Positions 20,538 through 29,220 of a DNA stretch of 64,000 bases are shown piece after piece. Each line of letters starts with the position of its first letter. Position 1 is the stretch's first letter. The stretch lies in sequence record SRR31156797_1515; one strand, given 5' to 3'. The position numbers and the translations under genes are program-made. The notes under the pieces were generated by a model that did not search any database, was not told where the DNA came from, and saw only the letters and a program-made list of their open reading frames with translations.

Positions 20538-20624
20538 AACGCCTCATCCATGAAGCGACTTCTAGAAGTTAGAATTTTTGATCTAACTTTTTGGAATCAC
20601 TATATGATTGAGGTGTTTTTTTTT
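20538..20624 (+). terminator. Long imperfect hairpin terminator
   Basis: AACGCCTCA/TGAGGTGTT outer stem and TTCTAGAAGTTAGA/TCTAACTTTTGGAA inner stem followed by a long T-run. Confidence 0.7.
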
Positions 20625-20775
20625 AGCTACTCCTATTAGCCCACTTTTTTAGAGTTGAAAAAAAGGCTTAGGTGACCTATAGTGAAAAGGAGTAAAGCAC
20701 AGGTATAGATTGCCGCGAGGCTGATAGTCATTTCCAAATAAAAGAGATCATGTGATCCAAAAAGGAGAAAGTCCT

Positions 20776-21459
20776 ATGAAAGAGCAGCCGATAACCATTG
20801 AATTTCCCTTAAGAGGTGAGTGGCTTGCGCCGACTACACCAGCCAAGAAGATTCCTAGTCATGGCACCGATCGAATGGGGTTACGTTATGCGTTTGATTT
20901 TTTACAAGTCGATTTTGAGGGGAAAACAAAAGCTTTTCACGACCGAAGCTTTCTGCGCTATTTCTTCTTAGGAGTTCCCCTTGAGAACTGTTATTGTTGG
21001 GGCAAAGAAATCTATGCGCCCTGTGATGGTGAAGTGATTGTTGTAAGAGAGGGCTATCAGGAACGCAAAGTCGTTCATTGGGTTGTCGATTTTTCGATCG
21101 CTTTAAAAAATGGCTTGTTTTTTAATGAACAAAAAGATGAGTATCAACAAATAGCTGGCAACTACATTGTGATAAAAGCTTCTGAGGGCGTATATATGGC
21201 ATTCGTCCATTTGCAAAAAGGATCCATCAAAGTTTCCGTAGGACAAAAAATCACCAAAGGGATGGTGATTGGCAATGTCGGGCATTCCGGCAATTCGACT
21301 TCACCTCATTTGCATTTTCAAGTGATGGACAGTAACGATATCGCCCATGCAAAAGGGCTGCCTTGTCGCTTTGAAGAATACGAGGTTTACCGAGCAGGAC
21401 GATGGATAAAAGTTCGGAATCAGATACCAGATAGTACAGAACGGATACGATTTTTATAG
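20776..21459 (+). CDS. M23 family metallopeptidase-like protein, no signal peptide
   Basis: IYAPCDGEV, GNYIVI, HLQKGS and GNSTSPHLHF motifs; ATG 20776 after AAAGGAG. Confidence 0.85.
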   Translation: MKEQPITIEFPLRGEWLAPTTPAKKIPSHGTDRMGLRYAFDFLQVDFEGKTKAFHDRSFLRYFFLGVPLENCYCWGKEIYAPCDGEVIVVREGYQERKVVHWVVDFSIALKNGLFFNEQKDEYQQIAGNYIVIKASEGVYMAFVHLQKGSIKVSVGQKITKGMVIGNVGHSGNSTSPHLHFQVMDSNDIAHAKGLPCRFEEYEVYRAGRWIKVRNQIPDSTERIRFL

Positions 21460-21602
21460 GAGCATTAGGGACTAGCTGTGAGACTTCAATAGGGGGCATC
21501 GCCGAAATGCTTATAAGAAAGAACATTTAAACGTTTCTGAGCTTCTTTAAAAAACTTGCAACAATCTTAGGTATTCAGAAAATGTATCTCAGGGGGAAAC
21601 AA

Positions 21603-22139
21603 ATGAAGCAATTACCCAATATCATTACTACTTCTCGACTGATTCTCGCACCACTTTTACTATTCCTTCAGCCAATGTCTGGCTGGTTTTGGCTGCTCTA
21701 TTCCTATTGTTTTTTAAGCGACCTCGTCGATGGGCTGCTTGCAAGAAGGATGAATCTTACGAGTGAGGTGGGTGCCTTACTAGACAGTTTCGCAGATGTC
21801 AGCTTTTTTCTCGCCGTTTTTCTTTCTTTTCTACCGCAGCTTTTGGAAACCCAAACGATCATGGTTTGGATCTTGATGATCGCTATCATCCGCTTCGTCA
21901 GTTATCTGATTGGCTATGTAAAATTTCAGTCTTTTAGCAGTCTGCATACATGGCTCAACAAAGCAGTCGGATTTCTTTTATGTATTTTTCCATTGCTGCT
22001 CATAATATTCCATGAAAGAATTGTTGTCTTGATTTTGGGAGTCATCGGCACTATTTCAGCATTAGAAGAATTGCTGATAACGATACTCGCAAAAAAACTG
22101 GATAGAAATCAAAAATCGATATTCGAAAGTTTTATGTAA
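21603..22139 (+). CDS. CDP-alcohol phosphatidyltransferase family protein
   Basis: PNIITTSR and DLVDGLLARR...GALLDSFAD signature. Confidence 0.88.
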   Translation: MKQLPNIITTSRLILAPLLLFLQPMSGWFWLLYSYCFLSDLVDGLLARRMNLTSEVGALLDSFADVSFFLAVFLSFLPQLLETQTIMVWILMIAIIRFVSYLIGYVKFQSFSSLHTWLNKAVGFLLCIFPLLLIIFHERIVVLILGVIGTISALEELLITILAKKLDRNQKSIFESFM

Positions 22140-22279
22140 GGTACCTCTATCATTGAGGGCCTTTTTTGTTTGTTCCTCTGAAGTAGTCTTTTAAAAGTCC
22201 TTTCAAAAAAAATTTTAAAAATAACATTGAAAACAATTTTTAATGGTACTATGCTTATCTTTGAAGGGAGGCTTCACAA

Positions 22280-23263
22280 ATGAACAGACAAGAACTGCAT
22301 GCATGTATCAGTAAAAACCAGCCCAATATTTGCCAAATTTCTGCCTACCAAAATGGAAAGGAAGTTTACTCGGATGAATGGCATGAGTATAAGCCAGACG
22401 ATACTTGCCACCTTATGTCCGCTACGAAAAGTATCGTTTCTCTACTAGTCGGAATAGCGATAGATCAAGGCCTCATCAGGAGTGTCAATGACAAAGTACT
22501 CGATTATTTTCCAGACTATTCCGTAAAACGGGGCGAAAAAACGATTCACGATATTACCATCAAACACCTATTAACGATGCGAGCCCCGTATAAATGCAAA
22601 GGTGATCCATGGACAAAAGTTTGTTCGAGTGACGACTGGACCAGCGCCTCCCTTGATTTATTGGGAGGAAGAAAAGGAGTGACAAATGAATTCAATTATC
22701 AAACCGTTTGTCTGCAGATCCTCACTGGTTTGTTAGCGAAAGCTTCTGGAATGACGACCGTTGATTATTCGAACCATTATTTATTTCGCCCTCTTGGTGT
22801 AGCCGAAATAACCAATTATTATGCGAAAACGGCACAAGAACATAAGCACTTTACAATGAGCAAGGCACCAAAAAAACCAGTTTGGTTTTGCGATCCTTTA
22901 AATATTGGGGCGGCAGGTTACGGGCTATGCCTTTCAGCAAAAGATTTAGCCAAAATCGGTGAGCTATGCTTGAACCAAGGCATCCATCAAGGGAAACAAG
23001 TGATTTCCTCACAATGGCTCACTGAAATGGTCAATCCGCTAGAGACAAACACAGAGAAATTTCAAAACATGAGTTATGGATATTTGTGGTGGATTTTGGA
23101 TACTGAGAAAAGCACCTATGCCGCCATCGGTAATAGCGGAAATGTCCTTTATATTGATCCCGAATCAGATTGCGTCATTGCTATTACGGCTTATTTTAAG
23201 CCAACTGTCTTTGATCGAATCGACTTTATCGAGACAGAGCTAAAACCGTTCCTTTTGCAATAA
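22280..23263 (+). CDS. Serine hydrolase, beta-lactamase/transpeptidase-like (NylB-like) family
   Basis: SxxK (SATK), HLLTM, FNY and YGYLWW; no signal peptide. Confidence 0.85.
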   Translation: MNRQELHACISKNQPNICQISAYQNGKEVYSDEWHEYKPDDTCHLMSATKSIVSLLVGIAIDQGLIRSVNDKVLDYFPDYSVKRGEKTIHDITIKHLLTMRAPYKCKGDPWTKVCSSDDWTSASLDLLGGRKGVTNEFNYQTVCLQILTGLLAKASGMTTVDYSNHYLFRPLGVAEITNYYAKTAQEHKHFTMSKAPKKPVWFCDPLNIGAAGYGLCLSAKDLAKIGELCLNQGIHQGKQVISSQWLTEMVNPLETNTEKFQNMSYGYLWWILDTEKSTYAAIGNSGNVLYIDPESDCVIAITAYFKPTVFDRIDFIETELKPFLLQ

Positions 23264-23549
23264 TGAGCGTTAAGAAAAAGCAGTCTACTGTCAAAAGTTG
23301 ATTGCTTTTTTTGTAGGCGAAAGCTTTATGATCCTTTTAATGACTATGGCAAGCAGGTGACTACGGATAAAGCTTGGCTGCTAGTCTTTTATGAATTTAA
23401 AATCTAGCAATTTGATCCCGCATATAGGAGGCCAAATCAATAATAAACGGAAGATAAATGAGAAATGAATAAAATGACCAAACTATCAACGGCGTAAACT
23501 TGGTATACTATAATTGAGAAGAAAATCACAAGTGAAAGGAGCGGTCGGA

Positions 23550-23897
23550 GTGTTTTCAGAAATCAGTATTTATCAAGTAAAACCAAGTGAAGTCGATACC
23601 TTTGAAGCAATCATGCAGGAAGCAACAGAGGCAATGAAGGCCATGGAGGGGGCTTTGTTCTTTCGATTAATGAAACGAACCCATTACATTAAAGAAATGA
23701 GCACCATCAAGGAAGGACGCCTGCCTGATCCATTGACAAGAGTCATAAAATGTGTGAAATATGCCCACTATTGGGAGTTTGATACCGAAGAAAACTATGG
23801 CAAAGCCCAAAAAAGGCTGTATGAAAGCTATTGGAAAGCAATCGAGAAATGTTTGATCGTTCCCCACGACAAGCTTTTAGGGGAAGTGATTGAGTGA
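23550..23897 (+). CDS. Hypothetical protein, probable ABM-like dimeric alpha-beta barrel
   Basis: GTG after AAGGAG; pattern YQVKP...FE...YAHYWEF resembles ABM domains. Confidence 0.55.
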   Translation: MFSEISIYQVKPSEVDTFEAIMQEATEAMKAMEGALFFRLMKRTHYIKEMSTIKEGRLPDPLTRVIKCVKYAHYWEFDTEENYGKAQKRLYESYWKAIEKCLIVPHDKLLGEVIE

Positions 23898-24068
23898 TCG
23901 TTTTAGTATCGGATGCTCTTCAGATGAACGGACTTTTTGTTGCAACTGTTTAGAAATTATAGGGAAAAATACAACGGGATGTTAAAAAGTCATTCGAATG
24001 TTGAATCGACGACTATTAGTTGTTTAAATGCTCTGTTTCTTGAGGGAATCGGAAAGGAGGAACACACG

Positions 24069-24372
24069 ATGGGACAGGTTGCATTTCATAACTTATACAA
24101 ATTAATAAAAGGTGCTTCAACAGCAGAATTTGTTCCAGTCGTTGAACAATTCAACCGTGAATACATTTTCAAACAAAGAGGATACCTTTCTTTTGAATGA
24201 TTAGTAGATTGAGAAACTTGGGCTGACATCACCAAGTTCGAAACGAAAGAAGATGCGGAAACATTTGACCAATGCGGTATCCCAGATGCCTTTGCACAAA
24301 TGTTTTTATTCATTCATCAATCGAAACAGTTGCAGCTCTCACCTATACACGATTGAAAAAATGTTCCAATAA
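24069..24372 (+). pseudogene. Degraded ~100-aa ABM-like gene (two in-frame TGA stops plus a frameshift)
   Basis: Strong RBS GAAAGGAGG and ATG 24069; protein-like reading continues past TGA 24198 and TGA 24210 (ETWADITKFETKEDA) and after a shift in the T-run near 24303-24307 (YSFINRNSCSSHLYTIEKMFQ*). Confidence 0.7.
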
Positions 24373-24431
24373 CCATTCAGCATGGAATGGACAACGCTAA
24401 AAAACAATTCATATGAAAAGAGGAACTTCTT

Positions 24432-24896
24432 ATGACAAAAACAGCAGAATGGTATCAAGGAAAAGCTGGGCGGGCAGAACATTTGGTCTATTTAAATAAG
24501 GAAGCCAAAGAGCTTGAGAAACTGATTCATGGCGACAAAACAATGATCATTCGGGGGGCAGCTGGCAGAAAATCACCCTTAGGAGGAAGAGCCAAAATCA
24601 ACGATCTTGTTTATTTTGTGGAGACCGGCGGCGATTTGACCATCACTCATCGGGGCATCATTGCCAATGTGACTGAATCTGAAAAGATGACGAAAGAAGA
24701 ATCCATAGATTTTGTAGAACGCTATGAAAAAGAGTTGAATCTATCGAAAAAGCAAGTCGATCGTTGGGCAGGGAAAAAGTATCTAGCTGTCTATGAAATC
24801 GCTGAATTAGAAGAAATAACGCCATTTCAGTACAATCGTGAAAAAAATATGGACGATTGGGTCATCACAGACGATATCAACAAAATTAAATTGTAA
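24432..24896 (+). CDS. Conserved hypothetical protein, possibly PUA/ASCH-like
   Basis: Good RBS; LIHGDKTMIIRG...DLVYF pattern resembles the ASCH GxKxxxxR motif. Confidence 0.6.
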   Translation: MTKTAEWYQGKAGRAEHLVYLNKEAKELEKLIHGDKTMIIRGAAGRKSPLGGRAKINDLVYFVETGGDLTITHRGIIANVTESEKMTKEESIDFVERYEKELNLSKKQVDRWAGKKYLAVYEIAELEEITPFQYNREKNMDDWVITDDINKIKL

Positions 24897-24939
24897 CGTA
24901 GCAAAAACCTAAAAAAAGCGCAAGGAGTTGAGTGGGAGG

Positions 24940-25401
24940 ATGGAAGGCAAAGAGCAATTGTTTCGAGACAAAAACGTGAAACCAACAGAGCAGCTGATTG
25001 CTGAATCATTGGGAGAGGAATATGCCATTTATCAACGTTTTGTCGAAACGCTTAAAAACGAGGGAATCTTTCTTATGGATTGGCGCTATTACCAAGATGG
25101 GAAAGCGTGGTTATCCAAAGGCGAATACAAATGGACAACGACTCGTGGAACGAATAAAGTGAAACCAATTTTTTGGCTCTCGATGTGGGAGGGCTTCTTC
25201 AAAGTCTCCTTTCACTTTAGCGAGAAAGTCCGAACACAGTTATTGTCTCTACCAATCAGTGATGACACAAAAGAAAGGATTCATAAGGCGCCGACCAATG
25301 GCACGAAAATGACGTTTTTTTCTGTGATTTTTGATGTAGCGAGTGACGTTCCTTTGAGTGATATTTACCAAATCGCTGAGTTTCGAAAGCATTCTATTTA
25401 A
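24940..25401 (+). CDS. DUF3788 family protein
   Basis: WRYYQDGKAWL and IFWLSMWEGFFKVSF pattern; start could also be TTG 24928. Confidence 0.7.
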   Translation: MEGKEQLFRDKNVKPTEQLIAESLGEEYAIYQRFVETLKNEGIFLMDWRYYQDGKAWLSKGEYKWTTTRGTNKVKPIFWLSMWEGFFKVSFHFSEKVRTQLLSLPISDDTKERIHKAPTNGTKMTFFSVIFDVASDVPLSDIYQIAEFRKHSI

Positions 25402-25645
25402 GCAATTTTCTTTCGAAAAAATAAAATTCTTATATTTGTCGTTCTTAAAAGCTAAGGAAATTTGTATATTTTTACCCATAGCTATCGGAATGCGCAATGG
25501 CTTTTTAGGAAGTCTCGTAATAAAGAGTCGTGATTTAAAGGAGATAGGCTATTTTTTCATCTATTTCAGTGGATGGAAAAAGACGTCCAAGTTAAAGAAC
25601 GGGAATGCCTTAACTGATTTTAGCCAATAAATCATCTCATTTAAT

Positions 25646-25698
25646 AAAAAAAAAGGAGGTGTTTCATGTGAAAGATGAAACACTTCGTTTTTTGTTTT
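25646..25698. terminator. Bidirectional terminator
   Basis: GAGGTGTTTCAT/ATGAAACACTTC flanked by A- and T-runs. Confidence 0.75.
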
Positions 25699-26589
25699 TC
25701 AATACCTATCCTCCGAAAACTGTTCCTTCATCCGCTCCAAGAAAAGTCCAGAAGCTTTTGAAAAAACTTGGGTGTTTTTCCAAATGACGTCAAGGTTTGA
25801 TTCCAGTGCTGGGCTCAATTTTCTAAAACACAATTGGCTATCTGGGGCGAAGTTGACTAGTTTATCTAGAGTCAATCCGTAACCAACACCTTCTTCTACC
25901 AGCTTTGATGCATTGTAAACAAGGTTATATGTGGCGACGACCGTCAATTTTTTCAGGTCTTTTTTCAACCATTTAGAAAGTTCACTGCTGACCAAACTTT
26001 GTCGCGAAGTAATCAAGGGAACGTCCCAGAGATCTTTTGGGGTAATGACTTCTTTGACAGCTAGAGGACTGTCTTTTCGCATCAACACGCCCCATGTATC
26101 TTTGGCAGGTAAGCGTAAGGAATGGTACTTTTTGACGTCTGCTGGACTGATTACGACACCAAAATCCAACAATCCTTTATCCAATCGTTCTTTGACCTCA
26201 TCGGCGTTGCCGCTATAAAAGTGAAATTTGATGTTGGGGTATTCAACTTGGATTTCTTTGATTATTGCTCCTAGCAACTGAATCACATAAGTTTCTCCAG
26301 CTCCGATCGATACATTGCCGGCGATCGTATCTCGAGGCGACAAAAATTCTGAGCGGGTCTTTTCTAATAATTCTACGATTTCTTCCGCCCGTTTACGAAA
26401 CAACAGTCCGTCTTCTGTTAGTGTGATTTTGCGATTGCCTCGGGTGAACAACGTCACGCCTAATTCTTTTTCAAGCTCCATCAATTGTCGGGACAAGGAA
26501 GGTTGAGAAAGATGCAGATGTTTTGCGGCAGCCGAAATTGTCTCTTTTTCTGCAACTGCTAAAAAGGTGGTCAGATTTTTTAATTCCAT
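25699..26589 (-). CDS. LysR family transcriptional regulator
   Basis: HTH AAAKHLHLSQPSLSRQLMELEKELG plus LysR substrate-binding domain. Confidence 0.95.
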   Translation of the reverse strand: MELKNLTTFLAVAEKETISAAAKHLHLSQPSLSRQLMELEKELGVTLFTRGNRKITLTEDGLLFRKRAEEIVELLEKTRSEFLSPRDTIAGNVSIGAGETYVIQLLGAIIKEIQVEYPNIKFHFYSGNADEVKERLDKGLLDFGVVISPADVKKYHSLRLPAKDTWGVLMRKDSPLAVKEVITPKDLWDVPLITSRQSLVSSELSKWLKKDLKKLTVVATYNLVYNASKLVEEGVGYGLTLDKLVNFAPDSQLCFRKLSPALESNLDVIWKNTQVFSKASGLFLERMKEQFSEDRY

Positions 26590-26620
26590 TTAAAATGCTC
26601 CTCTTGAAATGCTCCTCTTT

Positions 26621-26639
26621 CTATTCGTTTAATGAATAG
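26621..26639. promoter_or_regulatory. LysR recognition site (T-N11-A dyad)
   Basis: CTATTC-N7-GAATAG palindrome just upstream of the lysR start. Confidence 0.7.
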
Positions 26640-26818
26640 TTAGGTATTTGATATTGATATTTTACATGGAAAAGACCGCGAAGTACAATAGATTTAATCC
26701 GAGAATCACTCTTTTGATCTATGAGTTACCGGTAATCAACAAAAGATCAAAAGAGAAAAGGAGTTGTATATTTCGCCCTAAGGTACAGGATGATTGACCA
26801 TGAAAGAAGGCGAATGAA

Positions 26819-27916
26819 ATGAAAAATTGGCAAAAAAAGACACTTGTATCACTATTGATGCTAGCACCACTTATTTTAGGTGCTTGCAGCAGCAATAACG
26901 AGGCGGCAAACGAAGCAACACAAGCCAGTTCAGGAGGAGAAACGATGACAGAAAATGTTTCATTTACAGATGAATGGGACAAAGTTTTCCCAGAAAGTGA
27001 CACGGTGAATCACCGAAAAGTAACTTTTGAAAATCGCTACGGCATCACTTTAGTTGCTGATCTTTATGAACCAATTGATGCGCAAGGACCACTTCCAGCA
27101 ATCGCGGTTAGCGGACCCTTTGGGGCAGTCAAAGAACAGACATCTGGTCTATATGCCCAAACGATGGCTGAACGAGGTTTTGTTACGATCGCTTTTGATC
27201 CTTCATACACAGGCGAAAGCGGTGGGGAACCACGCTATGTGGCATCACCAGATATCAATACAGAAGACTTTCAGGCAGCAGTCGATTTTTTGTCAGTCCA
27301 AGAAAATGTAGATGAAGAAAGAATCGGCTTGATCGGAATTTGCGGTTGGGGCGGGATGGCATTGAATGCCGCAGCCATTGATACCCGTGTGAAAGCGACG
27401 GTTTCCGCCACGATGTATGACATGTCGAGAGTCAATGCTCAGGGGTATTTTGATGAGATGGGGGCTGAAGGACGTCATGAATTGCGCCAACAGCTGAACG
27501 CCCAGCGGACAGTTGATTTTGCTAACGGTAGCTACGAAAGAGCAGGTGGAGTGCCAGATACACTACCGGAGGATGCACCGGTCTTTATGCAAGATTATTT
27601 TGATTACTACAAAACGGAACGCGGCTATCATGAACGTTCGTTAAATTCCAATGACGGTTGGAACGTGACATCATCGCTGTCGTTCTTAAATATGCCGCTC
27701 TTGTCGTATATCGATGAGATCCAAAGCGCCGTTTTATTACTCCATGGAGAAGAAGCCCACTCTCTTTACTTCAGTCAAGACGCCTTTGAGCAATTACAAG
27801 GCGATAACAAAGAGTTGACGGTCATTCCTAATGCTTCGCACGTTGATCTATATGATCAAACAGACGTAATTCCTTTTGATCAAATGACCCAATTCTTCCA
27901 AGAACATTTGAACTAA
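26819..27916 (+). CDS. Lipoprotein alpha/beta hydrolase (YcjY-like)
   Basis: Lipobox LGAC, GPFGAVKEQ, nucleophile elbow GICGWGG, HVDLYD. Confidence 0.85.
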   Translation: MKNWQKKTLVSLLMLAPLILGACSSNNEAANEATQASSGGETMTENVSFTDEWDKVFPESDTVNHRKVTFENRYGITLVADLYEPIDAQGPLPAIAVSGPFGAVKEQTSGLYAQTMAERGFVTIAFDPSYTGESGGEPRYVASPDINTEDFQAAVDFLSVQENVDEERIGLIGICGWGGMALNAAAIDTRVKATVSATMYDMSRVNAQGYFDEMGAEGRHELRQQLNAQRTVDFANGSYERAGGVPDTLPEDAPVFMQDYFDYYKTERGYHERSLNSNDGWNVTSSLSFLNMPLLSYIDEIQSAVLLLHGEEAHSLYFSQDAFEQLQGDNKELTVIPNASHVDLYDQTDVIPFDQMTQFFQEHLN

Positions 27917-27933
27917 ATAGCCACAACGATCTT

Positions 27934-27980
27934 CACGACTGTTCGGTCACTCTGCCTCTGCTGAGCAGTCGTGTTTTTTT
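27934..27980 (+). terminator. Intrinsic terminator
   Basis: CACGACTGTTCGG/CTGAGCAGTCGTG plus T7. Confidence 0.7.
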
Positions 27981-28040
27981 GAAAATACGCATTCATTTGC
28001 CCGCTTCTACATAGAATCATCACCAGAAAGGAGCGAAGAG

Positions 28041-28550
28041 ATACTTATAAAATTGATATCCGCTATTTTGCTGTTCTTATTAAGTGCCTGTGGGACAAGC
28101 GAAACAGAGAGAACCAATATGCAATCCGCTAACGAAACTTCATCGGAAGCTAGCCAAGAGAATGTCCAGCAGTTTTCAGCAGCAACAGCTGTCGTCATTA
28201 CGGTTGGTCAACAGAATTTTCTAGCGAAGTTTTATGAAAATGAGGTGTCTGAGCACCTAATGAATCAAATGCCCTTTACGGTGACAATGAGTGATTTGAA
28301 CAACAATGAGAAATATTATCGTTTTTCTGAGAATTTGCCAGAAATGACTACAGAACGGCCGGAGATCATTCACGAAGGAGAAATCATGAGCTGGAATAGT
28401 CATACGTTGGTGCTGTTTTATCAGACCTTTACCAATTCTTATGGTGGCTATAATCGTATCGGTGTCATTGAAGATCCGACGGGGTTAAAAGAAGTACTTG
28501 GGGCGGAAGACGTAGAGGTTATTTTTTCGTTAAGAAATCCTCGTGAATAA
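28041..28550 (+). CDS. Lipoprotein with cyclophilin-like fold (start uncertain: ATA 28041 or TTG 28053)
   Basis: Lipobox LSAC; MSDLNNNEKY, GEIMSW, LVLFY and YNRIG motifs. Confidence 0.75.
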   Translation: MLIKLISAILLFLLSACGTSETERTNMQSANETSSEASQENVQQFSAATAVVITVGQQNFLAKFYENEVSEHLMNQMPFTVTMSDLNNNEKYYRFSENLPEMTTERPEIIHEGEIMSWNSHTLVLFYQTFTNSYGGYNRIGVIEDPTGLKEVLGAEDVEVIFSLRNPRE

Positions 28551-28572
28551 CAAATGAATAGGAGAAAAACAC

Positions 28573-29142
28573 ATGACGATCGATCAATTAAACAAACTCA
28601 TGGCAAGTGGCGAACCCTTACTTGCCGGTTCGCAAGCTTCCAAACAAATGGTAGCTCTGAGTGCTAAGGCGAGAAAAATCACGATGAAAATCAATACAGT
28701 CTACCATGAGTCTGATGAGTTACAAGAACTTTTTGCCCAATTAACAGGAAAACCAGTTGAGCCGACTTTTTCGCTGTTTCCACCCTTTTATACAGATTAT
28801 GGCAAGAATATCAGCATTGGCAAAGATGTCTTTATCAATGCGGGTTGTCATTTTCAAGACCAAGGAGGGATCACGATCGGTGATGATACCCTAATTGGGC
28901 ATAACGTTGTTCTAGCTACCTTGAATCATGGTCTTCACCCTGAAGATCGTAGCACGCTTTATCCAGCCCCCATTACGATTGGGAAGAATGTCTGGATTGG
29001 CTCAAATGCAACGATCGTTGCCGGTGTGACCATCGGTGACCATGCGATCATTGCTGCTGGGGCAGTGGTGACCAAAGATGTCGCTGAACGCACGATCGTG
29101 GCTGGTGTACCTGCAAACTATGTCAAAGAGGTCACTGAGTAA
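28573..29142 (+). CDS. Sugar O-acetyltransferase (maltose/galactoside, hexapeptide repeat)
   Basis: [11 protein letters not shown], hexapeptide repeats, VAGVPA. Confidence 0.9.
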   Translation: MTIDQLNKLMASGEPLLAGSQASKQMVALSAKARKITMKINTVYHESDELQELFAQLTGKPVEPTFSLFPPFYTDYGKNISIGKDVFINAGCHFQDQGGITIGDDTLIGHNVVLATLNHGLHPEDRSTLYPAPITIGKNVWIGSNATIVAGVTIGDHAIIAAGAVVTKDVAERTIVAGVPANYVKEVTE

Positions 29143-29162
29143 GCACAATAGCAATGAGTAAG

Positions 29163-29219
29163 AAAAAAACTGCTGTTCGCCTTGTCGCTTTTGAAGCGAT
29201 GAAGACGAACAGCAGTTTT
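29163..29219. terminator. Bidirectional terminator
   Basis: AAAACTGCTGTTCG/CGAACAGCAGTTTT long stem. Confidence 0.85.
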
Positions 29220-29220
29220 C

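Noticed and set aside
23937-24200. 87-aa ORF in the track
   Set aside because: Only the part from ATG 24069 follows an RBS; treated as the 5' fragment of a pseudogene.
24198-24212. Recoding (selenocysteine or alternative code) of the two TGA codons
   Set aside because: Other genes in the window end in TGA normally, and an additional frameshift points to decay.
25653-25672. AGGAGGTG-N4-ATG looking like a gene start
   Set aside because: ATG is followed immediately by TGA and the sequence is one arm of a terminator.
20474-25698. Integron-like cassette array
   Set aside because: No shared attC-like or repeated boundary motif seen between the genes and no recombinase in the window.
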